This document shows, in pieces, positions 1 through 9,019 of a DNA stretch of 39,433 nt (the first letter of the stretch is position 1; each line of letters begins with the position of its first letter). The notes under the pieces were generated by a model. It was not told the origin of the DNA, ran no database searches, and saw only the letters and a list, made by a program, of their open reading frames with translations. This DNA comes from Gammaproteobacteria bacterium. GTDB lineage: Bacteria > Pseudomonadota > Gammaproteobacteria > SZUA-140. The stretch is from contig JALSHQ010000393.1 of assembly GCA_026982145.1 (NCBI GenBank), forward strand, positions 1 to 39,433. Reading direction: 5' to 3'. The position numbers and the translations under genes are program-made.

Positions 1-2
1 AT

Positions 3-656
3 AAAGCCAAGGTTGCACTCGATGCCGGTGACTTGGTGCTGGCGTTATTTGAAGTTGATGAATCCTTACGTTCAATGAGCACGGCTGCGCGCCTAGTGCC
101 CACGCCGGAGCAACTACAAGAGCAGAAATTAAAATTTGTTGCGCTGATGGAGGAAGTTAAGGTCTTTGAAAAATCATACAAGCGCAATGTTGAGCGGATG
201 GAAAAAAGTGGCCGAACAGATGTGCGTGACCATTTAAGCTATGCCGAGCTAGAAAGCACGATTGAGGCTGCTGAAAGCCTTCGTGACATGAAGGAGATTA
301 GCGCAGCGAATCGCCTCATGATAAATTTACAAAGGACAATCACCACCGCTTTAAGTAAGATACTTGATAGCCAGACGGTGGTTTATGATAAAACCTTTGA
401 GTCGCCACAAGAAGAGTATGAATATGAGTTGGCGCGTTACTTGAGCTACGAAGAGCTGGTACCACTGGCGATAGAGCAGAAGCGCCCATCAAAACGTGCG
501 ATTGAGTTGATGGATCAATTTGTGGTTAAGGGTAAAAATACCTATGAGCAAGCGCTGCCTGTGGCAGAGCAGAAAGATTACAAAAATGCGATTTTGATGT
601 TGCAGGGCGCAACATTTCAGATCAGGCGCGCATTACGGATGGTAGGGGTGAGATAG
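3..656 (+). CDS. Hypothetical protein with helical, charged composition; 5' end probably outside the window
   Basis: Track ORF 33..656 starts at a TTG. The same frame has no stop back to nt 3 (K-A-K-V-A-L-D-A-G-D precedes it), so the gene may begin upstream of the window. I recognise no motif and see no signal peptide in the visible part. Its stop lies 1 nt before the next start (658), which implies co-transcription with the cytochrome genes. Confidence 0.55.
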   Translation, partial: KAKVALDAGDLVLALFEVDESLRSMSTAARLVPTPEQLQEQKLKFVALMEEVKVFEKSYKRNVERMEKSGRTDVRDHLSYAELESTIEAAESLRDMKEISAANRLMINLQRTITTALSKILDSQTVVYDKTFESPQEEYEYELARYLSYEELVPLAIEQKRPSKRAIELMDQFVVKGKNTYEQALPVAEQKDYKNAILMLQGATFQIRRALRMVGVR

Positions 657-657
657 T

Positions 658-1308
658 ATGACGCAGGCCATGGGTGACCGATCACAAAAAACACGGCCAA
701 TAATGGGTTGGTGGTGTGTGCTCGCGCTGATGGCCTGCCTAACCTTTAGTACTCAAGGCACGGCTGCAGATTCAGTTTTTTCTGACGCATCCAATCCATC
801 AGAGCCAGGCATTACTGCAGTATGGTCTCGTGGCCTCCATTTTCAGACAGAAGGCGAAGTGGTGCCGTTGGCGGAAGATGGCATTCATGACCCGACCAAT
901 GATGCGGTGCATCTGCTGCAGGAACCCTATGAGTCGATGGCGGAGTTTCCTCGCGACTCGCAGGGCATCATCGATTGGGTTCAGACCCTACGTCAGGGGT
1001 TGATTGACCCTCGTATGAGCTTGACCGGTGAAGAGAAGATGTACACGGTCGACTTCGATATCATATTTAAAAATACAGGCTCGATGCCGCATGTCCGTTT
1101 TCCACATCTACAGCACACCGAGTGGCTCACCTGCGCGAACTGCCACCCGTTGATTTTTGTTCCTCAAAAAGGCGGCAACCCTGTCTCCATGTCAGCCATT
1201 ATTCAGGGTGAATATTGTGGTGTTTGCCATGGCAAGGTCGCCTTTCCACCTACGATGAATTGCGGCCGATGCCATTCCGTTCCAAATCAAGCCAACTTGC
1301 GGCGCTAA
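658..1308 (+). CDS. Exported c7-type trihaem cytochrome c
   Basis: Three CXXCH motifs (CANCH, CGVCH, CGRCH) sit in the last ~75 aa. The strings IDWVQTLRQGLIDPR and CGVCHGKVAFP match my memory of the c(7)-type trihaem domain family. There is a hydrophobic N-terminal export signal (GWWCVLALMACLTF..GTAAD). Confidence 0.85.
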   Translation: MTQAMGDRSQKTRPIMGWWCVLALMACLTFSTQGTAADSVFSDASNPSEPGITAVWSRGLHFQTEGEVVPLAEDGIHDPTNDAVHLLQEPYESMAEFPRDSQGIIDWVQTLRQGLIDPRMSLTGEEKMYTVDFDIIFKNTGSMPHVRFPHLQHTEWLTCANCHPLIFVPQKGGNPVSMSAIIQGEYCGVCHGKVAFPPTMNCGRCHSVPNQANLRR

Positions 1309-2555
1309 TTGCGCTCACTTCATCCCTCTTCATTGGGGGCTGCTCGATGCTCCCTTTCGGGGGCGCGAGCAGTAGTGACGCGCGTACTGCACCCAAACAG
1401 CAAACGCTTTATGGTTGGGGGTGGCGTGATATTGATGGTGGACGTGAGCTGGAAGGGAATGCGATTTTAGGTCAGCGTCATGTGCGCTTTGTACGACCAG
1501 TACAAGTGGCCGCACGCGGGAATTTTGTTTTTGTGGTGGATGCCGGCGTGCAGTTGCTCTATCGGTACGACTTGTCTCGTGATCAGTTGGCGGTGGTTCT
1601 GGATCTACGTGCGGTGACCGTGGGCGAAGTTTCTGACATCTACCTTTATCAGGATCACTCCTTTTTGCTGGTTGACCCGGATGCCGGGCGGGTGCTTCAT
1701 TTTGACCGCAATGGGCGATTGATCCGCACTTTTGAAGATCGTCTGAATCTGATCCGCCCGGTCGCCGTAACCTACGATGAACAGATGGGGCGTGTACTCA
1801 TCGCGGATGGTTCAAGTGACGATATTCTTGTGTTCACCTCGACCGGGCAACTTCAGGGTGTGATCGGTTCACGTGGTCTCACCGAAGGAAAGTTTCTTAA
1901 CCTTACGGCCATCACCTCAGGTGAACGCGGCATTTACGCGACCGCGCGTTTAGGGCATCGGGTACAACTGATGGGGCGTGATGGTTCGCACCAAAAAACA
2001 TTTCAGCCTGATACCGTGGTTTTTCCACTCGCGATAGCGGTCGATAAAAGCGGTAACACCTTTGTGAGTGACTATCTCGATAACTCAATTAAAGTGTTTC
2101 AAAATGATCTGTTCCTTGAGAGCATCGGCAGCTCTGGCATCGGCCCGGGAAGATTCAAACGTATTACGGACCTGTGGTATGACGACGGTTTTCTCTATGC
2201 GGTGGATAGCCTGAATGGGCGAATACAGGTGCTGCGTGTTGAAATGGTGGAACCTGAAGCGCTGCCTGAGAGTGCTGATGAGCTTATCGATAATGAGCTC
2301 GATGATGTTTTGAGTGATGAATTTGATGATCTGGCGGAGAGCCGTGATGCCGATGCGATGGTGTTGGATGAGCCGCAGGTGTTGGATGCCGCACTGTCTG
2401 AATCTGAGAAAACTCAGGCCGCCCAGACGGAATTAGCGGCGGGAAAAGCAGAAGTAGCAGGTGAGGTGTCGCTTGAAAGCCCCGTGATTTCTGATGAAGT
2501 GCTGCCTGAGTCATCGCAGGTGAACGGCACACCTGATCGCACCGTTCAGGAATAA
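1269..2555 (+). CDS. NHL-repeat beta-propeller lipoprotein with a strongly acidic C-terminal tail
   Basis: The track ORF starts at 1215, inside the previous gene. The ATG at 1269 (Met19 of the ORF) gives MPFRSKSSQLAALIALTSSLFIGGC, a lipoprotein signal with a lipobox. NHL-type blades are present, e.g. PVAVTYDEQMGRVLIADGSSDDILVF, PLAIAVDKSGNTFVSDYLDNSIKVF and LWYDDGFLYAVDSLNGRIQVL. The last ~100 aa are Asp/Glu-rich. Confidence 0.85.
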   Translation: MPFRSKSSQLAALIALTSSLFIGGCSMLPFGGASSSDARTAPKQQTLYGWGWRDIDGGRELEGNAILGQRHVRFVRPVQVAARGNFVFVVDAGVQLLYRYDLSRDQLAVVLDLRAVTVGEVSDIYLYQDHSFLLVDPDAGRVLHFDRNGRLIRTFEDRLNLIRPVAVTYDEQMGRVLIADGSSDDILVFTSTGQLQGVIGSRGLTEGKFLNLTAITSGERGIYATARLGHRVQLMGRDGSHQKTFQPDTVVFPLAIAVDKSGNTFVSDYLDNSIKVFQNDLFLESIGSSGIGPGRFKRITDLWYDDGFLYAVDSLNGRIQVLRVEMVEPEALPESADELIDNELDDVLSDEFDDLAESRDADAMVLDEPQVLDAALSESEKTQAAQTELAAGKAEVAGEVSLESPVISDEVLPESSQVNGTPDRTVQE

Positions 2556-2561
2556 TTCCCC

Positions 2562-3638
2562 ATGATTGATAAACCCCACCACTGGTTGGCGGCGCTACTA
2601 TGCCTGTTTATTGTTGGCTGTGCTTCTGCGCCTCCGGTGCTGAAGCTTGACCTGCATGAGGTTCAGGGGTATGTCTGGCCGAGTGAGCCAGAAGTGGCTC
2701 GTTACCAATATGTTGGCCAACTGACGGGCGAAGAAAACTTCATTAAAGAGGTTGATGATGTTTCAATGACCCGCAAGGTGTTTGAGTGGGTGGTCGGGAT
2801 CGTGGCGGGTGAAATGATCCCCACAGTGTTGCAACGCCCCCAGTCGGGCGCAGTGGATAGCGACGGCCGTATCTACGTCACGGATGTTAGCCGAGCTGCG
2901 GTTTATGTTTTTGATGGCGTGGCTGGCAAGCTGGATGTGTGGGAGATGGCAGGTGAACAGCTGCGTTTTAAAACCCCCATTGGGCTGGTGGTGGTGGAGC
3001 GTGAAGCGGGTGAACGTGAAATTCTCGTGGCTGATGCAGACCTTAAGCGCATTGTTCGACTAGATCAAAACGGGAAGCCAATAGGCCATTTTGGTTTAGA
3101 CGTTTTATCACGCCCCACCGGGCTTGCACGAGACCCAGAGAGTGGCCATCTCTTTGTCGCCGATACCTACACTCATGAGATTAAAGTTTTTAGCGCTGAA
3201 GGGGTGCTACTTAATACCCTTGGAGCCGGTGCGCGCAGTGCTGGGCTTGGCGAGTTTAATGCGCCAACACATCTCTCTTTTGCTGCTGGGCAGCTCTATG
3301 TGACAGATACGTTGAACTCACGTGTTCAGGTGTTGAGTGGCGCGGGTGAATTTGTGCGCACCTTTGGGCGGCGGGGGCTTTTTGTAGGGGATCTGCCACG
3401 CCCTAAAGGCGTGGCGGTAGACAAAGAGGGTAATGTCTATGTGGTGGAATCCTATTATGATCATCTGTTAGTATTCAACCAAGAGGGGAGTCTGCTATTG
3501 CCCATCGGAGGCTCGGGCAGTGGGTTAGGTGAGTTTTACCTGCCGGCAGGTGTCTGGACAGATCACCGTGACAGAATATATGTGGCCGATAGTTTCAATG
3601 GTCGGGTTGTGATATTGCAGTATTTGGGAGGGGCATGA
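2562..3638 (+). CDS. NHL-repeat beta-propeller lipoprotein
   Basis: Lipobox signal (LLCLFIVGCASAP). Classic NHL blades are present: GEFNAPTHLSFAAGQLYVTDTLNSRVQVL, PRPKGVAVDKEGNVYVVESYYDHLLVF and GEFYLPAGVWTDHRDRIYVADSFNGRVVIL. The stop overlaps the next start (ATGA at 3635-3638). Confidence 0.9.
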   Translation: MIDKPHHWLAALLCLFIVGCASAPPVLKLDLHEVQGYVWPSEPEVARYQYVGQLTGEENFIKEVDDVSMTRKVFEWVVGIVAGEMIPTVLQRPQSGAVDSDGRIYVTDVSRAAVYVFDGVAGKLDVWEMAGEQLRFKTPIGLVVVEREAGEREILVADADLKRIVRLDQNGKPIGHFGLDVLSRPTGLARDPESGHLFVADTYTHEIKVFSAEGVLLNTLGAGARSAGLGEFNAPTHLSFAAGQLYVTDTLNSRVQVLSGAGEFVRTFGRRGLFVGDLPRPKGVAVDKEGNVYVVESYYDHLLVFNQEGSLLLPIGGSGSGLGEFYLPAGVWTDHRDRIYVADSFNGRVVILQYLGGA

Positions 3639-6316
3639 AACGTCATTTTTCGAGCACGTTATTGATCCTACTTGCTATTTTTACGATGGCGAGTTCAGCC
3701 CTTGCCGCGCGTATTTCTGATATCGCAAATACCAAACATAATTTTTCGGCAACCGTCGCCCCGAGTGAGACGGCGCGCGAAGCGAGAGCGGTTTCCGAGT
3801 CCCAGATCTGTGCTTTTTGCCACACGCCTCACGGTGCTACCAATGAGGCGCGAACACCCCTCTGGAACCGAACGCTTTCGAGCGCCACTTACACGCCGTA
3901 CGGGTCAACATCACTGGATGCCACTGATCTTGGGCAGCCTGAAGGAAAATCCAAACTCTGCCTGTCGTGCCACGATGGTACGCTTGCGCTCGGTTCAGTG
4001 AATGTATTGAACCGTGTTGAACTGAAAAAAGAGGGGCGTGAGATCCCTTTTCAGGGGACGCGCGCGGATGGTTCTATTCCTGATGGATTGGGTGAAACCA
4101 CAGGCTTTACTCGCCGCATTGGTGTTGATCTGAGCAATGATCACCCCATTTCATTTACCTTCGATAGCGCACAGGCTGTGCGAGACGGGGAGCTCTTTAA
4201 CCCTGCCGCTGTGTCACATATCAAAGAGCGCAGGCCGGGCAGTGGGCCGGCATTTCCGCAGTCGCAACAGACCGGGGTGCAGGGCTATCTGCCGCTGGAG
4301 GATGGTCAGGTTGAGTGTATTACTTGTCATGACCCCCATATCCGCTCGGATGATCCGAACGAAGGCAACATCAAATTTCTGCGCGTAAACCGTATGCAAC
4401 GCCACGCTGAGCCGGTAGATGGGCAGTTTAATGCGGATAACGATATCATCTGCATCGCTTGCCACGATAAAGAGGGATGGGTCGGCTCAGCACACGCTAA
4501 CCGACTCGCTGCGGATGAGAGCTATGACCTTGCTGCGGGCAACCTGCGTGAGTTTCCTCGGGATACTCAAGTGTGGCAAGCGTCTTGCCTGAACTGTCAT
4601 GACCCGCACACGGTGCAGGGGTCTCGTCGCATCTTGCGCGAGGGAACCGATGGCCCGACGACGGTGGATCCGGTGACAGGAGCAAGATTCAAACAGGGGG
4701 GGGATCACGCCATTGAGGAGGTCTGTTACGCTTGTCATTCGACCGATGGTGGTGTCTTGGTGGGGCAGGGCGGCGTGGGTTTTCAAGTGCCCGATGTGAA
4801 AACTGATTTTGTGACACCGGGCAATATCCATATGCCGATCGCAAGTGCCGACCAGCGTGCCGGGCGAGAAGTTCACTCCATTGGTACCGGTAGCGATGGG
4901 CCTGAAGGGCGAACGCGTGGGCAGGATTTTGTTGAATCACCAGAGAGCATGGGCAAGGGAAATTTAATGAACCGCCATGTGGAGTGTACAGATTGCCATA
5001 ATCCGCACCGGGTGGCTAAAAATCGCATGTTTAATGCCAATAATGCGATTCCTGATGAAGCGGGTACCCATCCACACACACCCGCAGATATTGCGGCAAA
5101 TGGCTTAACCATGCATACCAACTTAGCTTCTGGGGTGCTGCGTGGCATTACAGGGGTGGAGCCTGTTTATGGCTCTGCTGCTTTTGGCAGCGAACCAGTG
5201 AGCTTTATACTTAAGCGTGGTGACCCGGGTACCGGAGGCGGCACTAATGTAGAAGAGCCGTATGTGACACGTGAGTATCAGGTTTGCCTCAAATGCCACT
5301 CAAATTATTCTTACGACACTCCACCACCATTAGGGCTGCATGGCGGGAGTACGCCGGTGGGCACCAATGCGATGTTTGAATACACTAATCAGGCGATGGA
5401 ATATCAGGCACCGGCATCGCATATGGGTGAGTTGAGCTCCTCTCCAGCACCCGGCTGGGGGCCGTTTGTCGGCATCGATATTGGTGGGAATAGCGTCGAT
5501 TATGAGGCCAACAATCACCGCTCATGGCACCCGGTGATTGACAGAACCGGGCGTACCGCTGATGCTGCATCGAGCGGGGGTGGCGAGCGCCGCGCCTCAA
5601 AAGATGTCTGGCGAACACCCTTTAACATCGATGGCGCAGTCGGTAATCAAACCATGTACTGCACGGATTGCCATGGCAATAACACCGCGAATGACACAGT
5701 CATCCCCAATGGTGGTGTCAATGGTGAAGTTTGGGGGCCTCACGGCTCGCAAAATAACTTTCTGTTAAAAGGGCCGTGGGACGACCAGACCGGTCGCACC
5801 CAGCCAGATGGCCTCTGTTTCAGATGCCATGACTACAACCAATATGCGAGCAACGCCAATCCCATTACTACACCTGTTTTGGCCAGTGGCTTTAAAGCGA
5901 CTGGCGGGGCTGGTTGTATTAACTTTACAGCGCAAAACTTGCATTTGGCACATGCGGGTGCAGGCACGAATGGTGCCCCTGTGACTGGTGTGACAAACTT
6001 TCGTTGTACCCTGTGTCATATCGCGGTGCCTCATGGCTGGAAAAATAAAGTCTTTCTGGCAAACCTAAATGATGTGGGTGCTGAGGCTGGCATGTTACCC
6101 GGCACTCAGGTGAGGTACACCGGCTTTGCCCCCTCTGGCACCGGTCGATATTATGCGGGTCCGTATTACAATGGTGCAGCCTTGAAGGTCAATACCTTTG
6201 CTCGTAGTGGTTCATGGATAGACCAAAACTGTGGCTCTTCCGGGGCGCCTGGCAATAGCGCGATAGGCTTCTCTTGGATGGCAAGTGCTGACGAGACATG
6301 CGCCAGCCTGCCGTAA
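3635..6316 (+). CDS. Secreted undecahaem (11 x CXXCH) c-type cytochrome, 893 aa
   Basis: Sec-type signal peptide (LLILLAIFTMASSALA/AR). Eleven canonical motifs counted by hand: CAFCH, CLSCH, CITCH, CIACH, CLNCH, CYACH, CTDCH, CLKCH, CTDCH, CFRCH, CTLCH. Several have the CxxCHxxH form typical of 'doubled CXXCH' Geobacter-type multihaem cytochromes. I found no non-canonical haem motif. Confidence 0.92.
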   Translation: MKRHFSSTLLILLAIFTMASSALAARISDIANTKHNFSATVAPSETAREARAVSESQICAFCHTPHGATNEARTPLWNRTLSSATYTPYGSTSLDATDLGQPEGKSKLCLSCHDGTLALGSVNVLNRVELKKEGREIPFQGTRADGSIPDGLGETTGFTRRIGVDLSNDHPISFTFDSAQAVRDGELFNPAAVSHIKERRPGSGPAFPQSQQTGVQGYLPLEDGQVECITCHDPHIRSDDPNEGNIKFLRVNRMQRHAEPVDGQFNADNDIICIACHDKEGWVGSAHANRLAADESYDLAAGNLREFPRDTQVWQASCLNCHDPHTVQGSRRILREGTDGPTTVDPVTGARFKQGGDHAIEEVCYACHSTDGGVLVGQGGVGFQVPDVKTDFVTPGNIHMPIASADQRAGREVHSIGTGSDGPEGRTRGQDFVESPESMGKGNLMNRHVECTDCHNPHRVAKNRMFNANNAIPDEAGTHPHTPADIAANGLTMHTNLASGVLRGITGVEPVYGSAAFGSEPVSFILKRGDPGTGGGTNVEEPYVTREYQVCLKCHSNYSYDTPPPLGLHGGSTPVGTNAMFEYTNQAMEYQAPASHMGELSSSPAPGWGPFVGIDIGGNSVDYEANNHRSWHPVIDRTGRTADAASSGGGERRASKDVWRTPFNIDGAVGNQTMYCTDCHGNNTANDTVIPNGGVNGEVWGPHGSQNNFLLKGPWDDQTGRTQPDGLCFRCHDYNQYASNANPITTPVLASGFKATGGAGCINFTAQNLHLAHAGAGTNGAPVTGVTNFRCTLCHIAVPHGWKNKVFLANLNDVGAEAGMLPGTQVRYTGFAPSGTGRYYAGPYYNGAALKVNTFARSGSWIDQNCGSSGAPGNSAIGFSWMASADETCASLP

Positions 6317-7353
6317 AATCTGTTTTACGTCGCCTAGCATCAACCAAACTGACACTGTTGTGGATGGTGTTGTTGGGGGTAGGTGCGACGCTTAGCTATG
6401 GTAATCCGGTGGAAACCTCCATTTGGGTACTGATCGTACCGATGCTGTTGTTGGCGATCAACTTGGTGGCGGCGATTATCAGCAACCCGCGCATCAACCG
6501 CCGTGGTGGCCTGCTGGTCTTTCATATTGGTCTATTAGGGATTGTGGTACTGGCGGCTATCGGCCGCCTGACCCATATGGAGGCACGTGTTGAGATCATC
6601 TCCGGCAATGAGTTTTCGCATGACCATCTGATTGAAGTACGCGCCGGGCCTCTCCATAATGGTGCCATCAATGAGGTGCGCTTTGTGCAAGGCCCCTACA
6701 CTGTTGAGTACCGAGCGCGGATGAGTCGTGGCCGCACTTACAGTCAGGTGGCAATTCCTGATGGCGAAGGGGGCTGGTATGAATCTGTGGTGGGGGATGA
6801 TCGCCCACTCGTCATTGAGGGGTACCGCTTCTACACCACTTTTAATAAAGGGTTTGCACCGATCATGAGCTGGATCGGTGAAGAGGGTAATGTGATCGAA
6901 ACGGGTGCGGTGCACATGCCATCATACCCCTTGTTTGATTTTAAGCAGTCAAACAGTTGGACGCCCAAAGGTGGCGATGAAATAAAATTCTGGTTACAGC
7001 TAGAGACCGGCCTCAATGCAGAAGAGGCGTGGGTACTTGATGGAAGAGAAGCAACAGGCACACTGGTAGTGAATGTTGCGGGCAAGCGCACAGAGTTGTT
7101 GCCGGGTGAGAGTGTGAAAATGGCGGGCGGCTCGTTGCGTTACGAGCAACTCACGACCTGGATGGGTTACAAACTCTATTATGACCCCACCTTGCAGTGG
7201 ATGTTCTTGATCTCGGTGATCACTGTGGCGGGGCTTGGTGGCCATTTTTGGCGTAAGTTATCGGCGGAACCGCTTGGGTTGGATGATGCGCTTCGTGGTG
7301 AAAAAAAGCTGGTAAAAGGATCGGTGCCCGCACCGCGTTCAGCATCGGTGTAA
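6298..7353 (+). CDS. ccsB: ResB/CcsB-family cytochrome c biogenesis protein (System II)
   Basis: The N-terminus LRRLASTKLTLLWMVLLGVGATLSY is typical of ResB. TM helices flank a ~200 aa periplasmic loop. There is a conserved-looking TM histidine (LLVFHIGLLG) and a final TM helix (WMFLISVITVAGLGGHFW). The gene overlaps the cytochrome gene by 19 nt and is followed by ccsA. Confidence 0.8.
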   Translation: MRQPAVKSVLRRLASTKLTLLWMVLLGVGATLSYGNPVETSIWVLIVPMLLLAINLVAAIISNPRINRRGGLLVFHIGLLGIVVLAAIGRLTHMEARVEIISGNEFSHDHLIEVRAGPLHNGAINEVRFVQGPYTVEYRARMSRGRTYSQVAIPDGEGGWYESVVGDDRPLVIEGYRFYTTFNKGFAPIMSWIGEEGNVIETGAVHMPSYPLFDFKQSNSWTPKGGDEIKFWLQLETGLNAEEAWVLDGREATGTLVVNVAGKRTELLPGESVKMAGGSLRYEQLTTWMGYKLYYDPTLQWMFLISVITVAGLGGHFWRKLSAEPLGLDDALRGEKKLVKGSVPAPRSASV

Positions 7354-7357
7354 GGAG

Positions 7358-8224
7358 ATGAGTGTGATGACAGAACTACCATGGTTATATGCGGCGCTTA
7401 GCGCTTATGCGTTAGCGACAATCGCCTCCCTCGTTGGCGTCGGGCGGCTTGGTACACCGGCCACAAGCCCCGCGGATTTTGCTGTCAGCGAAGACCAGCG
7501 AAATAATGAAAGATTAGTGCTGGCGCTGATGACCGCCAGCGTTATTTTATTGGTCGTCACCCTGACCGATCGCTGGCTGCGCATTGGCCATGGCCCCTTT
7601 GTAAACTTGTTTGAACTCTTGATTAGTCAGCTCTTTAGTTTGGGGTTGGTCTATGCTGTTGCCTATTGGCGCATTCCCGTACTGCGCCCCACATCCGTTG
7701 TGGTGTTGCCGTTGATGGGGGTACTGGCTGTCTGGGTGTTGGTGCTAGAACCTTCGGATAGCGTTTTTCCGCCTACCTACCACAACCCATGGCTATGGGC
7801 ACATGTCGGTTTTGGGAAATTCTTTCTGGCGTTCAGTTTGATTGGCACCGGCTTGGCGGGGGTGATCTTGCTGCGCAGTCGAGCCTATTTTAAAAACCTC
7901 TTTCGTCACCTTCCCGATAATGTGATTCTCGACAAGCTTGCTTGGCGCTTCATGTTGTTGGCGCTGGTATTTGACAGCCTGATGCTCATTGCCGGTGGTG
8001 TCTGGGCGCAGGATGCGTGGGGTCGATACTGGGCATGGGATGCGCTTGAAACCTCATCCTTTCTAAATTGGCTCTTGCTGGGTGCCTCGATTCACGCTCG
8101 CACCACCTACAACGTGCCGATACGCGTTGGTGCACTGCTCATTATCGGTATTTTTGTGTTCGCCTTTGTCACCTATTTTGGAACGCCTTTTTACAGTGAA
8201 GCAGCGCACAAAGGTGTTATCTAG
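7358..8224 (+). CDS. ccsA: CcsA/ResC-family haem-handling protein (System II cytochrome c synthase subunit)
   Basis: Polytopic membrane protein with the Trp-rich WWD-type motif WAQDAWGRYWAWDALETSSF, followed by a conserved His region (GASIHART). It lies 5 nt after ccsB. Confidence 0.88.
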   Translation: MSVMTELPWLYAALSAYALATIASLVGVGRLGTPATSPADFAVSEDQRNNERLVLALMTASVILLVVTLTDRWLRIGHGPFVNLFELLISQLFSLGLVYAVAYWRIPVLRPTSVVVLPLMGVLAVWVLVLEPSDSVFPPTYHNPWLWAHVGFGKFFLAFSLIGTGLAGVILLRSRAYFKNLFRHLPDNVILDKLAWRFMLLALVFDSLMLIAGGVWAQDAWGRYWAWDALETSSFLNWLLLGASIHARTTYNVPIRVGALLIIGIFVFAFVTYFGTPFYSEAAHKGVI

Positions 8225-8238
8225 CGGAGCAGACGGTC

Positions 8239-9006
8239 GTGGTGGATAAAAAAAGAAGCAGCAATGAGTCGACGATCGCAACGCTATCCATCTTAATGGT
8301 GGGGATCGTTTCTGCTGCGATTGTAATGTTAATGATGAAAGATGACCCGAGGCAGCAGGAATCAGTCACGCTAGCATCGTTACAATCCGCCTCCTCGATG
8401 CCGCTATCCACACCCAGCAAGGTGAACACTGAAGCGGTTGAGGCGCCACCTGACGCGACACCCATGCCAACGGTTGCATCAGCGCAGAGCCCAGAGGAGA
8501 AGCGGCTAGCGGAGATCACCACCCGCTTTGAGCAAGCCATCGTGATGCTGCATGCTAAAGAGTATGAGCATGCCGCCACCGCACTGCACCGCGTGATGGA
8601 ACTCTCCCCGCGCATGCCAGAGGTTTATGTGAATATGGGCTATGCCAAACTTGGGCAAGCGTTGCCACAAGAGGCGCTGGTCTTTTTTGAGACCGCCACG
8701 CAGTTGAAGCCCGAGCAAGCCAATGCTTACTGGGGGATGGCCGTAGCACTCGAAAGCATGGGCGACCTTGCGGGTGCGTTGGGTGCCATGCGCACCTTTA
8801 TTCACCTCTCCCCCGGAAATGACAATTTTGCACGACGTGCACGCTCTGCACTGTGGGAGTGGGAAGAGACGCTCGCACGAGGGCCGCTGCCAGAAGAAGA
8901 GAAAGAGTTTCTGGAGCGTGGTGCACTGCAATGGGAGTCGCGCAACACCCCGCGTGATGATGTTGAAAGCGGTGAACAGAACTTGCAAGTTCAGCCGATC
9001 CAATAA
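8239..9006 (+). CDS. Membrane-anchored TPR-repeat protein
   Basis: GTG start. One N-terminal TM helix (IATLSILMVGIVSAAIVMLMM), a low-complexity linker, then TPR-like repeats (YEHAATALHRVMELSPRMPEVYVNMGYAKLGQ..., ALVFFETATQLKPEQANAYWGMAVALESMGD...). Confidence 0.75.
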   Translation: MVDKKRSSNESTIATLSILMVGIVSAAIVMLMMKDDPRQQESVTLASLQSASSMPLSTPSKVNTEAVEAPPDATPMPTVASAQSPEEKRLAEITTRFEQAIVMLHAKEYEHAATALHRVMELSPRMPEVYVNMGYAKLGQALPQEALVFFETATQLKPEQANAYWGMAVALESMGDLAGALGAMRTFIHLSPGNDNFARRARSALWEWEETLARGPLPEEEKEFLERGALQWESRNTPRDDVESGEQNLQVQPIQ

Positions 9007-9019
9007 TTGAGTGCCGCTT

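Noticed and set aside
1215-1268. Upstream extension of the first NHL lipoprotein ORF (MWCLPWQGRLSTYDELRP).
   Set aside because: The extension lies inside the trihaem cytochrome gene and would bury the lipoprotein signal peptide. The ATG at 1269 gives a canonical signal.
3672-4388. Alternative-frame plus-strand ORFs (3672..4001 and 4137..4388) inside the undecahaem gene.
   Set aside because: The annotated frame carries the CXXCH motifs and the signal peptide. The alternative frames give Arg/Pro-rich sequence with no features.
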